Below are positions 51,603 through 60,913 of a stretch of 64,000 nt of DNA, piece by piece (positions within the stretch are counted from its first letter, which is position 1; every line of letters begins with the position of its first letter). Origin of the DNA: Bdellovibrionales bacterium (GTDB taxonomy: Bacteria; Bdellovibrionota; Bdellovibrionia; Bdellovibrionales; UBA1609); the NCBI GenBank assembly GCA_965203785.1, contig OZ241911.1, positions 224,540 through 288,539 on the forward strand. The letters are read 5' to 3'. Below the pieces are notes generated by a model, which was not told where the DNA came from, searched no databases, and saw only the letters and a list, made by a program, of their open reading frames with translations. A program made the translations under genes and the position numbers.

Positions 51603-51605
51603 AAT

Positions 51606-51755
51606 TTATTTTCCCCCAAGTTTTACACTCAAAATTTTTCGTCCTTTTTGTCTTCGGCGACTAAGAACTTGTCGACCCGATTTTTCCGACATTCTCATTC
51701 GAAACCCATGACAATGAGATCTCTTTCTTCTACAAGGTTGATAAGTGCGTTTCAT
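51606..51755 (-). CDS. rpmH: 50S ribosomal protein L34
   Basis: Too short for the ORF track. My translation is [49 protein letters not shown] (49 aa). Confidence 0.9.
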   Translation of the reverse strand: MKRTYQPCRRKRSHCHGFRMRMSEKSGRQVLSRRRQKGRKILSVKLGGK

Positions 51756-51974
51756 AAAAGTCCCCTCATGCTAAACACTTCCTCTCTATAATACTTTTTT
51801 AAGTTTTTTTATTTGCTATTTTAAGTTTTTCTTAAAAAGTATTTTTTTGACGCACCATAAAACCACACTTTGTCACTTCCCGTCAAGCTTAAGCTTATGA
51901 TACACCTTAAAGACTTTCAACTTGAGAAGAAACATCCCATTTATTTCATTCGTTTTTAACCCTTCTTTGATTAT

Positions 51975-53429
51975 ATGGAGGTTTGCTTGCCCGAACAAAT
52001 ACTGTGGAGTTTTATTAAAGAGTGTTTACAAAAACAGCCCGGTTTAAATGGAGGAGTTTTACGCTCTATTTTAAATACCACTCACATGGAATGTCATTTT
52101 TCAAAAGGAAAACGAAATTTTACTTTAAAAGTACCCAGTTCTCTTCATCAAAATTTAATTCGTTCCCTATTGCCCAATATTCAAAAACATATCCAACAAA
52201 AAGGAATGGAAGGTTCCGTTACTATAGAAAAAGACCCTGTATTTTTATCTTCTCTCCCAAATCCCAAACTGGCGATGCAAAAAACAAATTTTTTAAACAC
52301 TCCCACTTCTTACTCTGGTCAAACCTCTCAACCATCGTTTCATAAGCTCCATTCCCATTCATCCAACGGGAGTTTTTCGCCTTCTACCGAGAACTTTGAA
52401 GTTTTTTCTGAATGGGATTTTGAATCTTTAGTAGAAGGTCCTGGCAATTGTTTAGCCATTGCAGCTGCTAAAAATATTGCCAATCACCCTCGATCTCGCT
52501 CTATCAACCCCCTTTTTATCTATGGTGCCAGCGGGTTGGGCAAAACCCACATTCTTTTATCCATAGGAAATTTTATCAGAAAACAAAACCTTCCAATAAA
52601 AGTCAGCTATCTTTCTGCAGAAAGATTTTTTAACGATTGTATTTTCCATATCCAAAAAAACTCTATGTCTGCTTTTAGAGAAAAATACCGAAAGCATGTT
52701 CACATTTTACTCTTAGACGATGTGCAAATTCTCGGTCGTGGAGAAAGAACTCAAGAAGAATTTTTTCACACTTTTGAAAGTCTTATTCAAAAAAAATGTC
52801 AAATTGTTTTAGCAAGTGACAAAAAACCAAAAGATATTAAAGGTTTAAAAGCTAGAATTTGCTCTCGTTTTGCCGGTGGAATGGTGGTAGACATTAAAGC
52901 TCCCGACCCAGAAACTAAGATGGCTATTATTAAAAATAAATCTAAAAAAATCAATCTCCCTTTATCGGAACAAATGATTCACTATTTAACTCAACTACCC
53001 GCCGATTCGGTTCGAGAAATAGAAGGAAATTTAAATAAAATAAAGTTTTTTTGTGACTTTCAAAAAACAAACCCATCGCTTGAAATCATAAAAAAACTTC
53101 TTCCTTCTTCTTATTCTCATCGTGTAATTTCTTTGACAACTCAACAAATACAAAATCAAGTGGCCCACTATTTTCATATTAAAGTCAGTGATTTAATTTC
53201 CCCTCTCCGATCCCAAAAACTGGTTTATGCAAGAAATATTGCCATTTTCTTAGTTCGAGAAGAACTCAATCTCTCTTTGCATCAAATTGGTCGAGATTTT
53301 GGTCAAAGAGACCATAGCTCCATTTTAAAAGCTTTAAAAAAAATTAAAACTCAAATCAAAAAAAACTCTCCATTAGAAAACCACTTAAAAAGTCTTAAAA
53401 AAACACTTTCTTGTGGGTATTCATTGTGA
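51975..53429 (+). CDS. dnaA: Chromosomal replication initiator protein DnaA
   Basis: 484 aa with the Walker A motif GASGLGKTH, LLLDDVQ and the domain IV sequence RDHSSILKALKKI. Confidence 0.95.
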   Translation: MEVCLPEQILWSFIKECLQKQPGLNGGVLRSILNTTHMECHFSKGKRNFTLKVPSSLHQNLIRSLLPNIQKHIQQKGMEGSVTIEKDPVFLSSLPNPKLAMQKTNFLNTPTSYSGQTSQPSFHKLHSHSSNGSFSPSTENFEVFSEWDFESLVEGPGNCLAIAAAKNIANHPRSRSINPLFIYGASGLGKTHILLSIGNFIRKQNLPIKVSYLSAERFFNDCIFHIQKNSMSAFREKYRKHVHILLLDDVQILGRGERTQEEFFHTFESLIQKKCQIVLASDKKPKDIKGLKARICSRFAGGMVVDIKAPDPETKMAIIKNKSKKINLPLSEQMIHYLTQLPADSVREIEGNLNKIKFFCDFQKTNPSLEIIKKLLPSSYSHRVISLTTQQIQNQVAHYFHIKVSDLISPLRSQKLVYARNIAIFLVREELNLSLHQIGRDFGQRDHSSILKALKKIKTQIKKNSPLENHLKSLKKTLSCGYSL

Positions 53430-53672
53430 ATAACTTTTTTTACAACCAAGTAATCGCATATTTTTCACATGTTATTCACATAATTTATTCACAGATTTTT
53501 TTTAATAAAACAATATACTTAAACCATTTTTTTTTGTTATGAACAAATGTTGACGACTAATACGATATTAATATTTATTAGGAATCGTATTTTGAATAAC
53601 TCAACTCTGAATGATTCAAACTTTAGATCATTCAAAAGACAAGAATAAAAACATTTATGAGAATTTGAAATT
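53424..53672. other. oriC: Candidate oriC (DnaA-box cluster plus AT-rich region) in the dnaA-dnaN intergenic region
   Basis: TTATTCACA occurs at 53471-53479 and 53484-53492. Its reverse complement TGTGAATAA is at 53424-53432. TTTTTCACA is at 53460-53468. The consensus DnaA box is TTATCCACA. An AT-rich stretch and a 6-bp inverted repeat, TACGAT..ATCGTA, lie downstream. Gene orientation diverges here. Confidence 0.6.
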
Positions 53673-54890
53673 ATGAATACTTCTAATCAAAAAAAACAAT
53701 CCAATCTTGGTAAATCCAAAGCTGGCAAAAAGACAACACAAAAAAAACAATTATTGCTCGATGCCTTTGTTAAAAAGGATGTTTTTTTGGAGTTGGTCTC
53801 TCAAGCTAATAGTTTGATTGAAAAAAGAGGGGTTGTGCCAATTTTATCTAAATTGTTAATTCGAGCAGAAAGTAATCAAAACATTCATATTCAAGCCACA
53901 GATCAAAGCAACTCTTTGCAAGGAAACATCCCAGCCCGAGTTAAAACGCCAGGAGAGTTAATAGTCGATTCTCAAAGCTTATTTGATATTTTAAGAGAAT
54001 TAAGAGAAGACGAAGAAATCCATCTTATGGAACAAAGTGAAAAAAAAATCCGAATAAGCCAAAATGTTTCTGTTTTTAACCTACTCGGAATGGATGCCAA
54101 AGAGTTCCCAGCTTTTCCTTCTTTTCAGATGAAAAACTCTTTTCATATTTCATCGAGTATTTTAAAAAATTTATTAGAAAAAACTTCTTATTGTTCTTCA
54201 TTGGATGAAACTCGATATCATCTTAACGGAGTGTATTTTGAAACCCCAAAAGACTCTTCGGGACAGTTTTCGTTTCGTTTTGTGGCGACAGATACTCATC
54301 GGTTGGCTTTAGCTGAACATTCTTGTAAGCAAGCTTTTTTAAAAAAAGGTGTTATTATTTCTAGAAAAGGAGTGCAAGAGTTAAAAAAACTTCTCTCTTA
54401 CAGCGAATCAGAGAGTATAGAATGTGCAGTTGAATCTCCAAGAATTTTATTTAAAGACAGAAAAACTGTTTTAAGCATCAAATTAGTGGAAGGAACTTAT
54501 CCCAATTATCGACAACTCATACCAAAAGAAAGTCCCATTAATGTATATATTGAAAAAGAACCCTTTTATCAAGCTCTTAAAAGAGCATCCCTTCTTTCTG
54601 CAAGTCTTTTTAAGGCAGTTACTCTCAATATTCAAAAAAATAAAATCTCTATGAACGCAGAAGATTCAGAATTGGGATCAGCTCAAGACGAAGCCCCTAT
54701 TGAAAAAAAAGTTGGAGAAGATCTAAAAATTCGCTTTAATGCCCGGTATCTTTTAGAAACCCTAAATAGCTTGGATACAAAGATTATTGTTTTAAAAATG
54801 TGTGATAGCTCTTCAGCTTGTCTAGTTTGTACATATAAAAAAGATAAAGTTTCCAATGTGTTTGGAGTGGTTATGCCAATGAAAATTTAA
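53673..54890 (+). CDS. dnaN: DNA polymerase III beta sliding clamp
   Basis: 405 aa ending VVMPMKI, with three clamp domains and a K-rich N-terminal extension of about 28 aa. An alternative TTG start exists at 53754. Confidence 0.9.
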   Translation: MNTSNQKKQSNLGKSKAGKKTTQKKQLLLDAFVKKDVFLELVSQANSLIEKRGVVPILSKLLIRAESNQNIHIQATDQSNSLQGNIPARVKTPGELIVDSQSLFDILRELREDEEIHLMEQSEKKIRISQNVSVFNLLGMDAKEFPAFPSFQMKNSFHISSSILKNLLEKTSYCSSLDETRYHLNGVYFETPKDSSGQFSFRFVATDTHRLALAEHSCKQAFLKKGVIISRKGVQELKKLLSYSESESIECAVESPRILFKDRKTVLSIKLVEGTYPNYRQLIPKESPINVYIEKEPFYQALKRASLLSASLFKAVTLNIQKNKISMNAEDSELGSAQDEAPIEKKVGEDLKIRFNARYLLETLNSLDTKIIVLKMCDSSSACLVCTYKKDKVSNVFGVVMPMKI

Positions 54891-54891
54891 T

Positions 54892-54907
54892 TGTTCCACG
54901 AGGAACA
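54892..54907. promoter_or_regulatory. parS: parS centromere-like site
   Basis: TGTTCCACGAGGAACA has one mismatch from the palindromic parS form TGTTCCACGTGGAACA. It lies 2 nt after the dnaN stop and upstream of parAB. Confidence 0.65.
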
Positions 54908-55051
54908 TTTAAAAAATATCCGTCTATAGGATCACTTTTGAGTATTCTGATTAGTCAAAAAATGTCGTGAGTAGTCAAAAAATGCTTTTAAGTAGACATT
55001 TTGACTATTCAACAAGTAATAATTAAGAAAATTATTTAAAAGGAGCAAAGA

Positions 55052-55861
55052 ATGCCTATTTGTATTGCCAATCAAAAAGGAGGGGTTGGAAAGACCACAA
55101 CAGCCTTAAGTTTAGCTGCTGGTTTAGCCTTGCGGGGGCAAAAAGTGTTGCTTTTAGACATGGATCCTCAAGCGAGTGCTTCTAGTGGATTGGGTTTAAC
55201 AGTGAAATCTTTTGGCGGGATGTATTCAGTTTTAATGGGTAAGTGTTCTTTAAAAGATGGAATTTACTTAACTTCTATCAAAAATTTAGAAGTGGTTCCA
55301 ACCAACTCTCATTTGTCGGGAGCGGAAACTGAATTAGTCGTTCAAAAAGATAAAGTGTTTTTTCTTAAAAAAGCTTTAGATAACAAAATAAAAGATTACA
55401 ATTTTGTACTAATAGACACACCACCATCTTTGGGGTTTTTAACTTTAAATGCCTTAGTTACCAGCACTCAATTTATAGTTCCACTTCAATGTGAGTATTA
55501 TGCTTTAGAGGGGTTGAGCCATCTATTAAAAACAGCTCAAAGAGTAAAAGATCGGTGGAATCCTTTGTTAAAGTTACAAGGTATCTTATTGACCTTATTT
55601 GATTCCAGAAATTTACTCAGTCATCGAGTGGTTCAAGAAGTTCGCCGGCACTTTGGACAAAAGGTGTTTAAAACACAAATTCCAAGAAATGTGAGACTCA
55701 GCGAAGCTCCCAGTTTTTCTCAATCTATTTTTCAATACGAACCCAGTTGCACAGGAGCTAAGGCTTACGAACAGTTGGTCGGAGAACTAATCGCTCAAAT
55801 CTCCGGCCAAAATAAAGTCTTAAAATCTAAAGGATTGAATTATGTCTCTACCTCCATCTAA
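55052..55861 (+). CDS. parA: Chromosome partitioning ATPase ParA/Soj
   Basis: Deviant Walker A motif NQKGGVGKTT; 269 aa. Confidence 0.95.
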   Translation: MPICIANQKGGVGKTTTALSLAAGLALRGQKVLLLDMDPQASASSGLGLTVKSFGGMYSVLMGKCSLKDGIYLTSIKNLEVVPTNSHLSGAETELVVQKDKVFFLKKALDNKIKDYNFVLIDTPPSLGFLTLNALVTSTQFIVPLQCEYYALEGLSHLLKTAQRVKDRWNPLLKLQGILLTLFDSRNLLSHRVVQEVRRHFGQKVFKTQIPRNVRLSEAPSFSQSIFQYEPSCTGAKAYEQLVGELIAQISGQNKVLKSKGLNYVSTSI

Positions 55862-56750
55862 GCCTCCCTATATTCCGACAACAGATAGCAAGACATCTGG
55901 TCGGGAAAAACCGGGAAGAGCGGTATTGGGACGAGGTTTAGAAAATTTATTTCCTGTAGATGAAATCAAACATTCGGATTCTTTATTAGTTGGTTTAGAA
56001 AGAATTAAACCAAATGCCAATCAACCTCGCCGGCAGTTTAATTCAGAATCTTTAAAAGACTTATCACAATCCATAAAACAAAATGGACTTATCCAACCCA
56101 TTGTTGTGAGACAATGCGGGCAAGATTTTGAAATTATTGCTGGAGAAAGAAGGTGGAGAGCTGCAGGTCTTGCAGGCCTTCATGAAATTCCCGTCCGAGT
56201 GTTGGATAAAACTTCAGAACAAAGCTCTGTTTTAGCTTTAGTAGAAAACTTACAAAGGCAGAACTTAAATCCCATTGAGTTGGCCACAGCTTATCAAAAA
56301 CTCATTAAACAAAAAAATTGGACTCAAGAAATGCTAGCCGATCAATTAGCCATTCCACGAGCCTCTCTTGCTAACTATCTAAGGCTTTTAAATTTACCTC
56401 CCCTTGTAAAAACCTTTATTGAACAAAGAAAATTATCTGTGGCTCATGCTAAATTACTTTTAAAAGAAAAATCTTTTTCTTCTCAAATTAAGTGGGCCAA
56501 GTGGTTTATCGAAAAATCCCTACCCGTTCGGGCTGCTGAAAAACTTCTTAAAAAAACAATTCCTTCCACTCCTTTGGAAGTTCATGCGTCACCCCCTGCT
56601 TGGTCTAAACAAGCTATTAAAAAAATTCAAGACACGCATGGGATTAAAACGACTCTTCATTTTCAAAAAAAAGGAGGTGAACTTCGCCTTCGTTTTTACT
56701 CAGAAAAAGAACTCCAATTTATACTCAATTTGTTTTTGTCTAAGCAATAA
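55842..56750 (+). CDS. parB: Chromosome partitioning protein ParB/Spo0J
   Basis: ParB box IIAGERRWRAA and an HTH region. It overlaps the parA end by 20 nt. Confidence 0.9.
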   Translation: MSLPPSKPPYIPTTDSKTSGREKPGRAVLGRGLENLFPVDEIKHSDSLLVGLERIKPNANQPRRQFNSESLKDLSQSIKQNGLIQPIVVRQCGQDFEIIAGERRWRAAGLAGLHEIPVRVLDKTSEQSSVLALVENLQRQNLNPIELATAYQKLIKQKNWTQEMLADQLAIPRASLANYLRLLNLPPLVKTFIEQRKLSVAHAKLLLKEKSFSSQIKWAKWFIEKSLPVRAAEKLLKKTIPSTPLEVHASPPAWSKQAIKKIQDTHGIKTTLHFQKKGGELRLRFYSEKELQFILNLFLSKQ

Positions 56751-56756
56751 AGCCGG

Positions 56757-57104
56757 ATGAAAAAAACAAATACTCATTTAATTTTATCTCGGGGGACTCA
56801 TTTTGAAGGGCGCCTTTGTTTTGATGGAATCAGCCGATTGTGTGGTTTCTTTAAGGGGGAAATTATCAGTCCTAAAGGAATTTTAATTATAGAAAAAGAA
56901 GGTCGAGCAGAAGCCAGAATTGATACTCAAGAAGTTATTGTTAAGGGATGGATGAAAGGAGAAATTAAGGCCAGCCACAAAATTACCCTAATCAACGGAG
57001 CTGAATTTTATGGAACATTGAGTGCTCCAAAGCTTCAGATAGAAGAAGAAGCTTTGTTTGAGGGTCAAGTTATTAAACCAGAGGGGTTGTCAAAAACCAG
57101 TTGA
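56757..57104 (+). CDS. Bactofilin (DUF583) cytoskeletal protein
   Basis: 115 aa with the repetitive beta-helical pattern G.F.G....G.....G...G.I, as in bactofilins. It starts 6 nt after parB. Confidence 0.75.
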   Translation: MKKTNTHLILSRGTHFEGRLCFDGISRLCGFFKGEIISPKGILIIEKEGRAEARIDTQEVIVKGWMKGEIKASHKITLINGAEFYGTLSAPKLQIEEEALFEGQVIKPEGLSKTS

Positions 57105-57135
57105 TCCTCTTTAAAAATTCACATAAAAAAAAGAT

Positions 57136-57585
57136 ATGTTGACAGCTTTAATTCAAGCATTGGGCTTGGATATAACTTTTTTTGTAGAATTTTTAATTTG
57201 GTTAGCCTTATACCCAATTATCTTAAAAGGTTTAATTACTCCCTACATGATTTTACACAATCAAAAAGAATCTTCTATCGGAGGTCGCAATAAAAGATCT
57301 GAAATTCTTCAAGAACAAATTACTCATTTAAAACTAAAATACGAGACTATTGCTCAACAATTGCAATCCACCTTTCGAATGAAGTACCAAAAACAAAGCC
57401 AACCTATTAAAGAGCAAATTTTACGAGAAGGGATTCAAAAAAAACAACTTCTTAAAAAAGAAGCAAATATGCAGTTAAAAAATTTAGATCGAGAAGTTCA
57501 TCAAACGGAGCAAGCTCTTTCTTCTGAAATTACCCATTTAACTTCAGAAGTTTTGCTTTGTTTAACTCAAAAGAAGATTTCATAA
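57136..57585 (+). CDS. atpF2: Fo ATP synthase subunit b' (second b-type subunit)
   Basis: 149 aa with a single N-terminal TM helix and a long charged helix. It sits immediately upstream of atpF. Confidence 0.6.
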   Translation: MLTALIQALGLDITFFVEFLIWLALYPIILKGLITPYMILHNQKESSIGGRNKRSEILQEQITHLKLKYETIAQQLQSTFRMKYQKQSQPIKEQILREGIQKKQLLKKEANMQLKNLDREVHQTEQALSSEITHLTSEVLLCLTQKKIS

Positions 57586-58085
57586 TGCAAATAAACATAT
57601 CTCACGAAATCCCCATTGGATTAATTTTTGTTCAAGTTTTTAATTTTTCGATTTTTATTAGTTTATTAGTTTATTTAATTTATAAAAAAGTTTTGCCCAT
57701 TTTAAAAAAACAAAAAGACACTTTTTTATCTGATCAACAACTGGCTATAGAAACAGAAGCAAAAAACATTCAAATCTTAAAAAAATGGGAAATGGATATC
57801 CAAAAATTAGAAGAACAAAAAAAAACTCTGGATCAGCAAGTGCAATTGGCTTTAAACAATCAGCAAATGGAGTGGAAAAAGCAAGAAGACAAACAATGCT
57901 ATATCTTATCTCAAGAAGTTAAAAGAGATTTTGAGCAACAAAAATTTCAAAAATATAAAGCTTTAAAAAATCAGCTATGGGAAAGGATATTATTAAAAAC
58001 TAAAGAAAAGTTATTCAACCTAACTGCTCAAAAAAAAGAAGAAATTAATCAGAGAATAATCAAGCAGTTAGGGGGTTTAAGTTGA
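57585..58085 (+). CDS. atpF: Fo ATP synthase subunit b
   Basis: The start at ATG 57585 forms a TAATG overlap with the previous stop. The protein has an N-terminal TM helix (IGLIFVQVFNFSIFISLLVYLIY) and then a charged helix. Confidence 0.75.
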   Translation: MQINISHEIPIGLIFVQVFNFSIFISLLVYLIYKKVLPILKKQKDTFLSDQQLAIETEAKNIQILKKWEMDIQKLEEQKKTLDQQVQLALNNQQMEWKKQEDKQCYILSQEVKRDFEQQKFQKYKALKNQLWERILLKTKEKLFNLTAQKKEEINQRIIKQLGGLS

Positions 58086-58603
58086 TTAAACTTAAACTCG
58101 ATATTTCCAAAGCTTATATAATAGCCATAAAAAGTTTATTGAGTGATTTGGATTCTCTTTGTTTATTTGCACAAAATTTAAGAGAATTTAGAAAAGCTTT
58201 TAGAGGGGAAGTGGTTAACTTTTTTTGTTCTCCTTTAATTGCCAGTGATCTAAAAAAAAAGATTTTAGTAAAGGCTATTTCACCAAAAGATGAATGGGTT
58301 ATACGGTTTTTATATGTATTAATAGATCGCAATCACTTACATTTACTCCATTCTATTTCTCACCTTTTAGACCAAGAAGAGCAAAACATTAAAAAGATAA
58401 TGGATGTGGATATTTATTCAGCTACTCCTGTAGATTTATCCATTCGAGAGTTCATTAAAGCTTATTTAAAGCGAACTTTTAAAAAATCAATTCAAATAAA
58501 AGAAATAATATCTCCAAATTTAATTGGAGGAATTAAAATAGTTGCCAACGGAGTTGTTTTTGACGACACTTTGTTGTTTCATTTAAAACAAATTAAACTG
58601 TAA
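58082..58603 (+). CDS. atpH: F1 ATP synthase delta (OSCP) subunit
   Basis: 173 aa with a TTG start in a TTGA overlap with atpF. The C-terminal motif is [18 protein letters not shown]. Confidence 0.8.
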   Translation: MIKLKLDISKAYIIAIKSLLSDLDSLCLFAQNLREFRKAFRGEVVNFFCSPLIASDLKKKILVKAISPKDEWVIRFLYVLIDRNHLHLLHSISHLLDQEEQNIKKIMDVDIYSATPVDLSIREFIKAYLKRTFKKSIQIKEIISPNLIGGIKIVANGVVFDDTLLFHLKQIKL

Positions 58604-58613
58604 GGGGATATTT

Positions 58614-60140
58614 ATGGCGATACAAGCAACTCAAATTAGTCAAATTTTAAAAGATCAAATTCGCAATTATCAAAATACCCTTTCAGTTCGAGAAGTGGGT
58701 CAAGTGCTTTCTGTTGGGGATGGGGTGTGTCGGGTCTATGGATTGGATCGAGCAATGGCTGGAGAGTTGGTTTCTTTTGATGAAAACTTATTTGGTATGG
58801 TTTTCAATTTAGAACAAGATCATGTGGGAGTGGTGATTTTAGGTGAGGGACAAAAAGTTTTCGAAGGGGCGGAAGTTCGAAGAACTCAACAAATTGTTCA
58901 AGTTCCTGTTGGGGAGGCTTTGTTAGGACGGGTGGTCGATATTTTGGGACACCCATTAGATGGAGGCGGTCCGATTAAAGCTCAAAAATTTTTAGAAGTT
59001 GAAAGATTAGCTCCTGGCATTTTAGATAGAGAGCCTGTTACAGAGCCTTTGCAAACGGGAATAAAAGCAATTGATGCTTTGATCCCCATTGGTCGAGGGC
59101 AAAGAGAGCTGATTATTGGAGATCGACAAACGGGTAAAACCACTTTGGGGATTGATGCCATCCTGAATCAAAACGGAAAAAATGTAAAATGTTTTTATGT
59201 AGCTATTGGACAAAAAAGATCTACTTTGGCTCAAGTTGTAGAAAAACTTAGAGCCAATGGGGCGATGGATTATACGACTATTATTTCTGCAACGGCTTCT
59301 GACCCAGCTCCTTTGCAGTTTTTAGCACCTTATGCGGGAACAACCATGGCAGAATATTTTAGAGATCGAGGAGAACATGCTTTGATCATCTATGACGATT
59401 TAACCAAGCAAGCACAGGCTTATCGACAGCTTTCGTTACTTTTAAGACGCCCTCCAGGGAGGGAAGCTTTTCCCGGCGATATTTTTTACATTCATTCTCG
59501 CTTGTTGGAAAGAGCTGCCAAGATGAATCAAGCCAAAGGAGGAGGTTCTTTAACGGCTTTGCCAATTGTAGAAACTCAAGCTGGGGATATTTCGGCCTAC
59601 ATTCCAACCAATGTGATTTCTATTACCGATGGGCAAATTTTTTTAGAGTCGGACTTATTTCATAAAGGTATTCGCCCCGCTGTTCATGTTGGCAAATCTG
59701 TTTCTCGAGTAGGAGGTGCAGCACAAGTTAAAGCCATCAAACAAGTTGCAGGGTCTTTGAAGTTAGAATTAGCTCAATTTAGAGCGTTAGAAGCTTTTGC
59801 CGCCTTTGCTTCTGATTTAGATAAAGCCTCTAAACAACAGTTACAAAGAGGTCGAAGATTAGTGGAAATTTTAAAGCAAGATCAAAACGAACCTTTAGAC
59901 TTAGAATTACAAGTCGTTATTATTTTTTGTGCAGTTAAGGGTTATTTAGATGAGCTACCAGAAAAAGAAGTTTTAAGCTATGAACAAAAACTAAAAGAAT
60001 TTTTAAAAACACGAGCTATTGATTTGCTAAAAGATATTAAAGAACAAAAACAAATCACTTCAAAAAGTGAACAAACAATAAAAGATAGTCTTAAAGAATT
60101 TTCAGCTGTCTTTAAAAAACAAATAGAGGTTAAAAGTTAA
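58614..60140 (+). CDS. atpA: F1 ATP synthase alpha subunit
   Basis: 508 aa with the Walker A motif GDRQTGKT and [21 protein letters not shown]. Confidence 0.95.
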   Translation: MAIQATQISQILKDQIRNYQNTLSVREVGQVLSVGDGVCRVYGLDRAMAGELVSFDENLFGMVFNLEQDHVGVVILGEGQKVFEGAEVRRTQQIVQVPVGEALLGRVVDILGHPLDGGGPIKAQKFLEVERLAPGILDREPVTEPLQTGIKAIDALIPIGRGQRELIIGDRQTGKTTLGIDAILNQNGKNVKCFYVAIGQKRSTLAQVVEKLRANGAMDYTTIISATASDPAPLQFLAPYAGTTMAEYFRDRGEHALIIYDDLTKQAQAYRQLSLLLRRPPGREAFPGDIFYIHSRLLERAAKMNQAKGGGSLTALPIVETQAGDISAYIPTNVISITDGQIFLESDLFHKGIRPAVHVGKSVSRVGGAAQVKAIKQVAGSLKLELAQFRALEAFAAFASDLDKASKQQLQRGRRLVEILKQDQNEPLDLELQVVIIFCAVKGYLDELPEKEVLSYEQKLKEFLKTRAIDLLKDIKEQKQITSKSEQTIKDSLKEFSAVFKKQIEVKS

Positions 60141-60880
60141 ATATTTTTATAACCTTTTTTTTCTAATTCAATAGCTAGAGAAGAATCGCCAGTTTTTTGA
60201 ACCTTACCATTTTGAATAATGTGTACAAAGTGGGGTTGAATATAATTGAGCAGACGATTGTAGTGAGTGATTAAAATAAAAGCTTTATTTTTATTGAGCA
60301 GATTTTTTAGACAATTTGCAATCAAAGACAAAGAATCGACATCTAAGCCCGAATCGGTTTCATCTAAAATAGCTAATCGAGGGGATAAAACAGCCATTTG
60401 TAAAATTTCATTTCTTTTTTTTTCTCCTCCTGAAAAGTGGTCATTGACTGAACGATGGATAAAAGAAAAAGGCAATCCCACAAGGTCCAATTTTTGTTTT
60501 ACTAATTGAGTAAAATCTTGGTCATTCATTTCAGGTACTCCTTGATGTTTACAAATGGCTCGAAAAGAAGATTTTAAAAGATCCCAGTTACTCACACCAG
60601 GGATTTCAACTGGGTATTGAAAAGCCATAAATAGTCCTTCTTGAACTCTTCTTTCGGGACTCCATTGAGTAATATCTTCGTATTGGAGATGAGTTTCATA
60701 AAGGATTTCCCCTTTGGTAATTTGATACCCTGGGTGACCAGCTATGACTTTAGCTAAAGTGCTTTTCCCCGATCCATTGGGTCCCATGATTGCATGAATT
60801 TGCCCCGGTTTAATGGTCAAATGGATTCCATTTAAAATACAATGAGAAGCTTTAACATGAAGGTTTTTAATTTTTAACAT
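60137..60880 (-). CDS. sufC: Fe-S cluster assembly ATPase SufC
   Basis: [22 protein letters not shown] and [10 protein letters not shown]. Its stop codon overlaps the atpA stop. Confidence 0.9.
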   Translation of the reverse strand: MLKIKNLHVKASHCILNGIHLTIKPGQIHAIMGPNGSGKSTLAKVIAGHPGYQITKGEILYETHLQYEDITQWSPERRVQEGLFMAFQYPVEIPGVSNWDLLKSSFRAICKHQGVPEMNDQDFTQLVKQKLDLVGLPFSFIHRSVNDHFSGGEKKRNEILQMAVLSPRLAILDETDSGLDVDSLSLIANCLKNLLNKNKAFILITHYNRLLNYIQPHFVHIIQNGKVQKTGDSSLAIELEKKGYKNI

Positions 60881-60913
60881 TTATAAAGCAAATGTTTATC
60901 GGATGATTTCATT

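Noticed and set aside
51756-51974. rpmH-dnaA spacer as the origin
   Set aside because: I found no 9-mer within one or two mismatches of the DnaA box there. The box cluster is in the dnaA-dnaN spacer instead. A bipartite origin cannot be excluded.
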